Part shown: piece by piece, positions 10,618 through 19,660 of the stretch | Position numbering within the stretch: the stretch's first letter is position 1 | Layout: every line of letters starts with the position of its first letter | NCBI GenBank assembly: GCA_965206745.1 | Contig: OZ242220.1 | Coordinates: forward strand, 1,664,001 to 1,728,000 | Source: Nitrosopumilus sp. | GTDB lineage: Archaea; Thermoproteota; Nitrososphaeria; Nitrososphaerales; Nitrosopumilaceae | Length of the DNA stretch: 64,000 bases | Direction: 5' to 3' | Notes under the pieces: generated by a model | What the model was told of the DNA's origin: nothing | Databases searched by the model: none | The model's input: only the letters and a program-made list of their open reading frames with translations | Position numbers and translations under genes: made by a program

Positions 10618-11718
10618 ATGAGTGTATCAGAACTTTTACAATATGCATCTGTGGGCGAACAAGGTTCAATCTATTTAGGAAAAAATACTGTCGTTAATGG
10701 ATCTAAACATGGCAGAGAAATTGGAATTTTTTCACATATTCATCAAGATCATATTGAATTATTTACTTATGCCATGCATGAATGTACTGCCATCTTTGTA
10801 TCTCCACCGATATTTGATTTACTTGCTGCGATAGAGCAAAATGAGAATGATAGTGTTTCCTCCGAAATATATTTTGGAGGAAGGCACATACATCGTTTAG
10901 ATTTCGATCGAACTATAAATCCAAAAAAATTTCTGAGGAATTTGGATCCTAAAAAAAATTATTCGGATCAAATTACATTAAAAAAAGCTCATCATATTTT
11001 AAGCTCAACACAAATTTTAGTTACCACAGACGATGACAAAGATATTGGATATTCTAGTGATTTTTCATATTCTGAAACCGAACCCATGAAATGTAATGCA
11101 CTTGTACTTGATTCCACACAGGGTGATCCTATGTTTAATACAATTGTTGATTCAAATAGTCTTGAAAATAGGTTAGTAGAAGATGTAAATAGAGAGATTG
11201 AAGCAGGTAATCCAGTGTGTATTAGATCACATGTTGGAAGATTACAATATATTATGTCATTACTTTCTAAAAAAATTGGAATGGATATTCCTTTCTTATC
11301 TGAATCTACGAATAAAAAATTAGCTCCAATTTATAACAAACATGATATGCCAATAAGAAAAATCATTGATTCGTATTCTTATGACGGCAGAGAAAAACTA
11401 GAAAAAAATTATCCATTCATAGAATTTAAAACAAACCACGAAGCAAAATCTGAGCCTGAAATGGATAATCGTTCAACTGTTTTTCATTTGGAAGGATTTT
11501 GTTTGGGAGGAAATGCAACTTTTAAACAAAAGCTAGGAAATGAAAAAAATTATTATTTGGAATTTGCTGATCATGGAAATTATGATAATATTTTAAAATA
11601 TGTTAATAGATGTAATCCTGAATTAGTAATTATAGATAATTATAAAAGCGGATGGGGAGAAACATTAGCTGAAAAAATTAAGAGTGATTTAGATATTGAT
11701 GCAATAGCTCAACCTTAG
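10618..11718 (+). CDS. MBL-fold metallo-hydrolase/nuclease (beta-CASP-like)
   Basis: SHIHQDH (HxHxDH), AHHILSS, YSSDF, LVLDST and C-terminal ADHG motifs. Confidence 0.8.
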   Translation: MSVSELLQYASVGEQGSIYLGKNTVVNGSKHGREIGIFSHIHQDHIELFTYAMHECTAIFVSPPIFDLLAAIEQNENDSVSSEIYFGGRHIHRLDFDRTINPKKFLRNLDPKKNYSDQITLKKAHHILSSTQILVTTDDDKDIGYSSDFSYSETEPMKCNALVLDSTQGDPMFNTIVDSNSLENRLVEDVNREIEAGNPVCIRSHVGRLQYIMSLLSKKIGMDIPFLSESTNKKLAPIYNKHDMPIRKIIDSYSYDGREKLEKNYPFIEFKTNHEAKSEPEMDNRSTVFHLEGFCLGGNATFKQKLGNEKNYYLEFADHGNYDNILKYVNRCNPELVIIDNYKSGWGETLAEKIKSDLDIDAIAQP

Positions 11719-11726
11719 GTGATCAT

Positions 11727-13106
11727 TTGGAAGAAACTCTAAAAAACGTAATGAAGGATTTATTTGTTGAATCGAATAAAGATATTTTTTCACAGTTGTC
11801 TGAAAAAGAACTAGAAAAATATATTTCCTTTACACATATTCCAGAATTTAATTCAGAAAAAATTTATAACAAATTTAAGAAAGAAAAAATAATAAATTTC
11901 AAAAAAATTATTTATGATTATGAAGAAAAAATAATAGGATTATCTTCATATAAAACTTCAACAAACAATATAAAAACAACCATTCAAGAAAATCCTGCTT
12001 ATATCAAAAGATTAGTTTTAGATTTGAATCATGTAGTTAAACAAACTCTTTTGGATTTTTTAATATCTTGTTTATATGAGTCAAATTTTAAAGATTATGA
12101 TGTTGAAACTTTTGAAATAATTTATTCCAAATTTGAAAATTTCCTAGATAATGAATTATTTTCTGTTTTCAGTTTTATAACATTAAGAAATTTTGATCAT
12201 CATAATGATTCTCTTATGTTGCCTAATGATCAAATTTTGAGATTACGAACACCAGAAGAATTTTCTGTAATTTGCAATGTCGGTGGAAACGATTCTGAAC
12301 CCAAAATAAACCCTAATTTTCAAAACATCAAATTTGTGATCGGAGCCCATATTGCTAAAACAGATATCAATGATCAAAAAATTAAAGAGAAATTTGAAGC
12401 ATTTTTGTTTGCATTAAAAATTTTTCATGCTGGAGATGTACAATTTGGTGGTATTTACTATACAGATTCGGTAAATTGGCGTGTAAAACCCACAATCACG
12501 ATTAAGACTGAGCCTATTTTGGGAAAATCATCTACAAAATACAAATTAGAATCAGAGAATTTAACTGAAAGTGATTTCAGTAAATTCATTAAGGATTTTT
12601 CTGAAATTAATTTCACTAAAGGAAAATATGTTTTTTTAGGACGTTCAATAAAGCGATTTTCTCAAGCTATTGAAAACGAACACAAATTAGATAAAATTGT
12701 GGATTTTATCACTTGTTTGGAATCACTATATTCTTCAAATGAACAACAACTTTCTTTTAGATTTGCTATGAGAACTGCTAGCGTTTTAGGTCAAACGCCT
12801 GATCAAAAAATTGCAATTCAAGAATTTATTTTACAGATCTATAATTTAAGAAGTAAAATCATACATGGTGACCAAATCCCCCCTGTAATAATAAATGGAC
12901 ATGAGATTGATTTAGATAGTTGTCTTATAAATTTAGAAAAAATTTCTAGAAATTCAATAAAAAGTTTTCTTGATTTTATAAAGGAATTTAAAAGTAAAGA
13001 AGAATTACATAAGATGATTGATAATTCCATCTATGAATTATCTTCACAAGAAATTTTCTTAAAGAGTTTTAAAGAATTGAAACTTTCTACTGTAAATATT
13101 TCTTAA
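11727..13106 (+). CDS. Apea-like HEPN domain protein
   Basis: C-terminal LESLY...LSFRFAMRTA..LG...IYNLRSKIIHG (Rx4H HEPN motif). Confidence 0.8.
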   Translation: MEETLKNVMKDLFVESNKDIFSQLSEKELEKYISFTHIPEFNSEKIYNKFKKEKIINFKKIIYDYEEKIIGLSSYKTSTNNIKTTIQENPAYIKRLVLDLNHVVKQTLLDFLISCLYESNFKDYDVETFEIIYSKFENFLDNELFSVFSFITLRNFDHHNDSLMLPNDQILRLRTPEEFSVICNVGGNDSEPKINPNFQNIKFVIGAHIAKTDINDQKIKEKFEAFLFALKIFHAGDVQFGGIYYTDSVNWRVKPTITIKTEPILGKSSTKYKLESENLTESDFSKFIKDFSEINFTKGKYVFLGRSIKRFSQAIENEHKLDKIVDFITCLESLYSSNEQQLSFRFAMRTASVLGQTPDQKIAIQEFILQIYNLRSKIIHGDQIPPVIINGHEIDLDSCLINLEKISRNSIKSFLDFIKEFKSKEELHKMIDNSIYELSSQEIFLKSFKELKLSTVNIS

Positions 13107-13429
13107 TATCTACATTAATTTTTTAATGATATAAATGAAATTGTAAGCAATAAAATTTTATGCCAAGACAAAAACTCAAAAATTTTACTAGATATTTTAT
13201 TTAATTCATAACATGATATACAATATGATAAAACAGATAATGCATCAGTGTAAAGAATGAATTCTGTTAGATCGACTCAGATGAACTTTTGTTTGTTACT
13301 ATATTCTCCTTACTTTTCCAAAAACTGAGTGTCTATTCTCATTAAATTCATAGAAAGAGTATACATGTACTAATTGATAGCACGTAACATATTTCACACT
13401 TGATATTAGAATTCATCAATTTACTAATC

Positions 13430-14509
13430 TTAAGAATTACCAGTTACGTCATTGTAAAACTTTTTGGTATTTCTCCATTTTAATACAGCATCAACATTTT
13501 TTATTTTTTCAAGATTTTTATCAATTAATTCCAAGATGTCAACGAATGATTCGTCATTTTCAGCACCTATATTTGAAGCATCATATAATGCAGGCCATTT
13601 AATAGCCCATGCATCATGTTCAAGTGAATGTTTCAATGGGATAGAGCATTTATGATAATACCTACGAATAGTAGGATCTGCTTTGCTTAATTTCTCAATC
13701 TTAACATTAGCACTCGGAGATGCTGAGATTCCAATCCATTGAGGAAGTTCATAATATTGTGCAGCGTCAGTTACAGCCTCACCAATAAAAAAATTCTTTT
13801 CATTATAAAATGATCCTATGGAAAAACAACCTCGTATGGGAATATCTAATTTTATACTTTGTGTAATTGAACTCCACATAGTCTTACCAAATTTTTTTAA
13901 TAAATCATTGATATCATCATTCTCCAGCGTAATGATTATCGTATCTGAGAATGAATTAAAATTCATTTGAGATCCTTGTGTAAATTCCTGTTGAAGTAAA
14001 TCTTGAAGTTGTTTTGTAAATTTATTCCAAGTATCAGGAATACCTCGTGGATCAAAATTCTTCCAAAAATCTTTAGTTCCCAACATGTCAATATATGAAA
14101 CTAATCCAAATTTTGGGTTAAATTCTTCTAGCACTTTTTTTTTATAGATTTTGTTGGTATGATCTGTACTTTTAATCCAAGCCTGAAATTCAGGAAATTT
14201 TCTCAAAAACTTTGAATCTATTATAGGAGGATTTTCTTTGAGTGTTTCTAATCCACGTGGAGTGATCTTAAAGACGCCCGAACTTGAATTTTCCAATAAT
14301 AATGCCTGACGTAATTCAGATACTGCCCATCTAACTTGGGCATCAAATTTAGATTGTTTTCCACCTGAAGTTAATTGATTTCTTTCATCTTCTGTAATAT
14401 CAAAATGTTTGATTAGATAATTTGTCAAATCACCAAGTTTATGAGATTTCTCATCATTTAGAAACTCAAGAATTGGTTTTCACAGTTTATTTTTTGATGG
14501 TATTGGCAT
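13430..14509 (-). pseudogene. Mrr N-terminal wHTH fused to a class III nucleotide cyclase-like domain, with in-frame TGA at codon 10 (an internal TTG start at 14428 is possible)
   Basis: MPIPSKNKL*KPILEFLND...SGGKQSKFDAQVRWA...L.QA.LLE...G.FKITPRG is Mrr_N-like. YIDMLG, FSDTI, IRGCFSIG and IGEAVTDAA are cyclase-like. Confidence 0.7.
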
Positions 14510-14552
14510 GGATTATTTTTAAATCAATCGTTTAAGAGACTTTCTCAATATT

Positions 14553-15066
14553 TTTCCTAATTCTATTCTAATATTCATGAGATGATTGTAAGAATATTCT
14601 ATTCAAACTTTCCGTATAACTCAATTATTCTCTCATGTATCATTATCACAGACAATCTCATGTGAATTCTGTAACTAAAAGTAAATTTGTCAATATCTCA
14701 TCAAATCCAGATCATAGAGTCATTTTCAGTATTATTTATAACAGAAATAACACTTGCAGTATTTGGGTAGATATGACTAAAGAAAAACCAATTATCCTTC
14801 TAGATGTGATGCTTGAAAATCTGCGAGAATTTTTAGAGGATAAAGGATGGGAGGTAGAAACAGTATCAAAAACACTCGGGGTTGCTCAAAAAAGTAGAAA
14901 TGACACAAAGGTTATGGACTATGCAGAAAAAGAAGGTCGTGTCATTGTTACTGAGGATAAGAAATTCATCAAGCGACTACAAGCAAAAGAAATGAATGTT
15001 TTCACCGTTGAAGATTTTGAGAAAGCCAAGATTATCGATGAAAAATTAAAGAGTAAATTTAGTTAA
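14553..15066 (+). repeat. Direct repeat copy 2 flanking the dnd island
   Basis: High similarity to 1445..1930, with small indels. Confidence 0.85.
14773..15066 (+). CDS. Small PIN-fold protein (DUF5615-like), paralog of 1639..1935
   Basis: Start set at MTKEKPIILLD by alignment with copy 1. Confidence 0.75.
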   Translation: MTKEKPIILLDVMLENLREFLEDKGWEVETVSKTLGVAQKSRNDTKVMDYAEKEGRVIVTEDKKFIKRLQAKEMNVFTVEDFEKAKIIDEKLKSKFS

Positions 15067-15215
15067 TCAGGATTTGTTGATTTTAGTTTTGTTGTGATTC
15101 CATCAATGGCTTTTGCATTTGCAGTTCCTGAAACTATAGTTGTATCTTAGTGCCATTCCATGTCTCCCTGATATGCTCAAACAGCGGACTGTGATATAAC
15201 ATAGTCAATTACACA

Positions 15216-16001
15216 TCACTGCAGATTCGGAAACCGCTCCTTGATGTACTGCGCCTCATCAATCCCGTCAAGCCTCTGCGCCCGAGGCGCCACACCCCGG
15301 ACGAAAAACTCCTTTCCGTGCTCACCCCGCAGATACAGAGGACGCGATGAGGGAAGGACCTGTATGATACATATCGTCTTATCCTGTATCTGCCGAAAGG
15401 CCAGGTTCAGCTTTGTCAGGATAAACGTATTGTCCTGTATGAGGTCAAGCAGCCTGTCATGCATGTGATTGGCAAACTCGTCCTCATAGTCTGCAAACCT
15501 CTCCAGGTTTTTGTCCCTCTCAAGGCCTGCAACTGTTCCATCAGAACTCACCCCAAGGTACAGGAATCCGCCGTACTTGTTTCCAAAGGAGCATACGGCA
15601 GTTGCAAAGCGCTCCTGAACCTCCCTCTTTTTCTTTCTGACTATCTCGCCCCTCTTCTGGGGCTCCACCTCTAGGCGGTCCATGATACTATCATACTGGT
15701 AAAATTCCTTGAATTCATTGTGAGCATCCTCGCCCTTTGGTATCTCCTTGTCACTCAAATCTGCAAATGCCGGCACTCCAGAGTCCGGATTTTGCAGGTT
15801 CTGGGATATCTCTATCTTTTTGACCCTGCCTACACTGCCGTCGTGCAGCCTGACCTTGATTCCGTGCGGGTGGGATTCACTTGAGGTTAGGATTTCAGCG
15901 ACTGTTCCCTGTATGAGACGGCCTGTTCTCTGGTCTTGCTTTGTCTCAATGCTGACTGTGCCTCCAATGGATATCTGGTTTTTAGTTGGAATATCTGCCA
16001 T
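15216..16001 (-). CDS. YwbE-like N-terminal domain fused to an AlbA_2 (Schlafen-like) domain
   Basis: KQDQRTG.L..G.V.EILT.S..HPHGIKVRL.DG.VGRV (YwbE); EFKE...SFGN..GG.LYLGV..DG.V.G (AlbA_2). Confidence 0.8.
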   Translation of the reverse strand: MADIPTKNQISIGGTVSIETKQDQRTGRLIQGTVAEILTSSESHPHGIKVRLHDGSVGRVKKIEISQNLQNPDSGVPAFADLSDKEIPKGEDAHNEFKEFYQYDSIMDRLEVEPQKRGEIVRKKKREVQERFATAVCSFGNKYGGFLYLGVSSDGTVAGLERDKNLERFADYEDEFANHMHDRLLDLIQDNTFILTKLNLAFRQIQDKTICIIQVLPSSRPLYLRGEHGKEFFVRGVAPRAQRLDGIDEAQYIKERFPNLQ

Positions 16002-16231
16002 GAATTGGCTGTGTGTTGTTATGATTTAAGCATGATCGCAATATTTCTTATATTCAAAGATGCTACGTGGGAGGACTTGGTTGTTTAGGATTCTGTGCCA
16101 AATTGGTATCCATTTGGTATGCGGGAAGGTTGTCAGGAATTGATGAAATTTAATAATTTCTTGATTTGAACTCGTTAGTGGCTAGGCTGTTTTTTTATAG
16201 CAAGAGGCATGTATACGCCAATATTTCATTA

Positions 16232-16822
16232 TTAGATCTTTTGATATACATCTGGCATACATAATTTGATTTTGAAATTACTAAACAATTTAATGAAGCC
16301 ATCAAGTAATTTAAGGAATATATCATAGTATGGAGTTTCAAAAGAAAAATCTTTACGAATTTTTAACCCTTTCTTAGACTCGGAAGATATCTTCCATGCA
16401 TCAGCAATTAATATTCCACCAGGTTTGAGAAATTTTTTTAATTCCTGAAATATCTTGTTAGAATCGCGTTTATACCATTGACAATTATTCCTATTAATTA
16501 CATGTATACAGATCACAACATCAGCCTCTCCAATATGTTGATTCACACATTGAATCTTGTCTGAGATGAACACATCTAGATTTTTATTTGCTTTCTTTTT
16601 GTTCTCTTCATCTTTCATCTCGTCGATGCCTACTGTGTATAGGGTAATTTTTTCAGATTCCAGGTATTCTTTACATTTTCGTAAGGCTGTACCATCCGAA
16701 CAACCAACATCTACTACCTTAAGATCCTTAGATGTCTCCTGAGCATACTGGCGTATGTATCCTGCTACTCCACATTCACCATATCTGGTTTCCCAAGTAT
16801 TAGATTTGGATGTATTTGGCAA
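16232..16822 (-). CDS. Class I SAM-dependent methyltransferase
   Basis: VVDVGCSDG, VGID, ADVVIC, FLKPGGILI. Confidence 0.75.
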   Translation of the reverse strand: MPNTSKSNTWETRYGECGVAGYIRQYAQETSKDLKVVDVGCSDGTALRKCKEYLESEKITLYTVGIDEMKDEENKKKANKNLDVFISDKIQCVNQHIGEADVVICIHVINRNNCQWYKRDSNKIFQELKKFLKPGGILIADAWKISSESKKGLKIRKDFSFETPYYDIFLKLLDGFIKLFSNFKIKLCMPDVYQKI

Positions 16823-17072
16823 TACATTTTTTATATCAAATATAGTATAATAAATTATAGGGGAATCATTCTCAAATTAGAAATTCCAAATAAATGAAGA
16901 TAAATGATTGATGTATTTGCCATAGCATTGACACAGGAGAATCTAGTACATTTACAAACCATCAATCAAAAATAATCCAAACTTTGTATGAACTGTAAAT
17001 ATGCCTATATTTTGGTAAAGCTAATTTACGCTAATTAGAATAAATTAGAAGAAATTAGAATTCAGGGATTTA

Positions 17073-17143
17073 TTGCACGATATGCCTAAACCATAAAGAA
17101 ATCGTTGAATCATCGTGCCTAAAATCAACCATGCAATAAAGCA
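17073..17143 (+). repeat. Dispersed ~70-bp repeat (family M); other copies at 22057..22097, 28368..28387, 35165..35192 and 57259..57331
   Basis: gcaYgaYatgcctaRacca.aRagaRatc...catgcaaYaaagca shared among copies. Confidence 0.6.
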
Positions 17144-17405
17144 GAATTTAGCAATAAACAAGCTAAAGATAAAATCAGATTATAATCTGAAAACCTAAAA
17201 GTAAAAATAAGAAATCTCTATTTTAAAATGCAAAAAACATTAAATCATCTATTAATAATACTCAACTAGAGAAATAAAATCAAATATAGACACTTTTTAA
17301 AAAACTAGATAAATTTGAGGAGGTGATTTTCAAATATCTGAGAATCATTATATTTAGCATTGATAATGGTATGAATTATGATATGGAGAAATTACTGTTA
17401 AAGCC

Positions 17406-18017
17406 ATGACGGAATTTGTACAACCTGTTGTAGATCTAGATGCATTTAACTGCCCACATTGTGGGTCATATTCTGATCAGTTTTGGAATTCAATTATGCA
17501 TGGTGAGAGAATTGAGGGATTTGATGTAGGTAGATGTAGAAGATGTAGGGAAATCACAATTTGGAAAGATGCAGCGATGATATTTCCATCAACAGGCAAT
17601 GTAGCAATGCCAAATCCCGATATACCAGATGAAATTAAAAATGATTATAATGAAGCACGAGATATAGTTTCACGTTCTCCAAGATCAGCATGTGCATTAC
17701 TAAGATTATGTATCGAAAAAATATGTACAGAGAAAGTACCAACAGGTAAAGACCTGAATGAAAAAATAAAAAAATTGGCAGAAAAAGGACTAAATGACAA
17801 AATAATAAACGCACTAGATTCTGTCAGAGTGATCGGCGGACAAGCAGTTCACCCTTTGAAAATGGATTTGAAAGATGATGTAAATACTGCAACTAAACTG
17901 TTTGATATTATCAATTATATTTCAGACTGGGCTTATACGAAGGAAAAAACCATAGATCATATTTTCAAGAGTTTGCCAGAAGGAAAAAAAGAAGCAATCG
18001 AGAAAAGAGATTCATAG
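17406..18017 (+). CDS. DUF4145 (HEPN-like) protein with N-terminal Zn ribbon
   Basis: CPHC..CRRC, DYNEAR, SPRSACALLRL, RVIGGQAVHP. Confidence 0.8.
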   Translation: MTEFVQPVVDLDAFNCPHCGSYSDQFWNSIMHGERIEGFDVGRCRRCREITIWKDAAMIFPSTGNVAMPNPDIPDEIKNDYNEARDIVSRSPRSACALLRLCIEKICTEKVPTGKDLNEKIKKLAEKGLNDKIINALDSVRVIGGQAVHPLKMDLKDDVNTATKLFDIINYISDWAYTKEKTIDHIFKSLPEGKKEAIEKRDS

Positions 18018-18166
18018 ATATTATGATTTTGATGTTATAAGATATGATTTTTGAATTGCCAGATCAAACCTTGCAGGAAAAATAAATCATCATAATTTGA
18101 CACTATCCTCCAGATATGGTGCTATTTAGATTGGCGTTTTGAGTAATACTTTATAGCATATGTTGT

Positions 18167-18448
18167 ATGTTAGAATGTATGAGTGAAACTCTGTCTACGC
18201 TTAATGAACAAGTTTTGGAAAAAATCTGTCAAACGGTATTGAGTAGAAATCCTCGAAATACAAATCATCAAAATGACAAAGATATTATTTATTTTAAAGG
18301 CTTCTGCAGTGGTTCAATTCATAATCAATATCTTCAATATTACAATTCAACAAATATGAAAATCCCATCTGTTCAAGAAATAGATCAGATGTTAGATATT
18401 GTGAAGATGAGAATCGATGATTTTTTTGATAATAGCACACATACGTAA
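18167..18448 (+). CDS. Hypothetical protein
   Basis: ORF only. Confidence 0.45.
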   Translation: MLECMSETLSTLNEQVLEKICQTVLSRNPRNTNHQNDKDIIYFKGFCSGSIHNQYLQYYNSTNMKIPSVQEIDQMLDIVKMRIDDFFDNSTHT

Positions 18449-18524
18449 AAATGATACCACCATATCAAAAATAAAAAGAGATTGAACTGATTGCTTGATA
18501 AGAATAAAACAGTACACACTGTTT

Positions 18525-18663
18525 AGTATTTTCACTCACCTATACAATAGGTGAAGTTTTCAACTTATCTCTATGTATATTCTAATCATCCTACATATGG
18601 AGAATGTACTGAAACATTCTAACTTTACAGATGAATAAAACCTAGACTCAATTAAACAGTGTA
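18525..18663 (+). repeat. ~140-bp element (family E), inverted copy at 37318..37455
   Basis: Aligns to the reverse complement of 37318..37455; contains the palindrome tcacctat-aca-ataggtga; ends in caattaaacagtgta. Confidence 0.75.
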
Positions 18664-18703
18664 AGATCTCCAATAAATTAAGCTAGTTTGAAGAAAGAGA
18701 TTT

Positions 18704-19660
18704 TTAAGATCGTCCGATTGGAAAATTAAAAAGAAAAGTATTACCAATTCCTTTTGAAGTGGGTTCAGTTTCATCAGATGGTGATTTTTGTTGCCACTTG
18801 TATGGTTTAGCATAGAGTAGCTGGATTTCAGGGTATTTGAATGCAAATTCAGAGAATGCAAAGCAGTGAACTTTGGGACCACCATTAACAAGACAGATAT
18901 CATATTCATTATTGTATTTAGAGTAGATTTCCTCTAGTTTTGCAAGTGTTTCTTTTGGATTCAATGCAGGAATTTTTATAAAATCAGAATCAACTATAAT
19001 TTTTTCACATTGTTTAATGGTAAATTCATTCCATCTTTCACGATCTCCTTCAGAATATTCTGCCAATGTAATGATCTTATCATGTCCCCATTCTTCTATT
19101 ACTGAGCGCAATCGCAAATGTTCCCAACCTAAAAACAAGACCAACAAGATCTTTTTGGATTGATCAGGAATGCCCGGATTAGTGGGCATGATGACTATCT
19201 CTTCCAACCCTTGAGCAAAATTCATGGTGTAATCTTTAGGTTCAGAGTATGCCAAATGTACTTTGAGTCTTTTTTGTATGCAAATATTGAGAATCGAATA
19301 CAAAAATAATCTTGTAAATGATGTAACATCAATCAGTACACTTTCAACATTATCCAAATTTTGAATTAACATGTCATTAAAATCAGTAGGATTGTTAGGT
19401 GTGATTCTAAATATTTTTTTTTCTTCAGTCATAGGCGACAAAAGAGTCTTGATTTTTTCAAGATGTTCCAAGTTTTTATTCATTAAAGCAGAATCAGCAG
19501 GTTTGAATAAATTGATCAAAGCACGATCGAATTTGGTGTTATTTTGTGCTTTTTGTAGACATCCCAAGGTTCGTTCTTCGTATCCTGCCGAACACAAGAA
19601 GAGGTCATATCGATCAAGCAAATTATTTTGAAGATTATATTCAACATTATTAGAATTCAT
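18704..19660 (-). CDS. Partner of the ATPase-SIR2; probable tandem Rossmann/CARF-like protein
   Basis: SAGYEER, LIDVTSFTR, YSEPKDY, LFLGWE, GPK, LYAKP; translationally coupled (ATGA) to the upstream gene. Confidence 0.55.
   Translation of the reverse strand: MNSNNVEYNLQNNLLDRYDLFLCSAGYEERTLGCLQKAQNNTKFDRALINLFKPADSALMNKNLEHLEKIKTLLSPMTEEKKIFRITPNNPTDFNDMLIQNLDNVESVLIDVTSFTRLFLYSILNICIQKRLKVHLAYSEPKDYTMNFAQGLEEIVIMPTNPGIPDQSKKILLVLFLGWEHLRLRSVIEEWGHDKIITLAEYSEGDRERWNEFTIKQCEKIIVDSDFIKIPALNPKETLAKLEEIYSKYNNEYDICLVNGGPKVHCFAFSEFAFKYPEIQLLYAKPYKWQQKSPSDETEPTSKGIGNTFLFNFPIGRS

Noticed and set aside
8993-13106. Calling these genes dndFGH or pbeABCD
   Set aside because: Sizes and motifs do not fit; none of the four has a P-loop ATPase or PLD-type HKD motif.
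14480-14482. Selenocysteine or programmed readthrough at the in-frame TGA
   Set aside because: The position is not a Cys-type catalytic site and no supporting signal was seen; a nonsense mutation or sequencing error is simpler.
14635-14772. N-terminal extension of the second PIN ORF
   Set aside because: The homologous region in copy 1 is not in frame; the true start aligns at MTKEKP.
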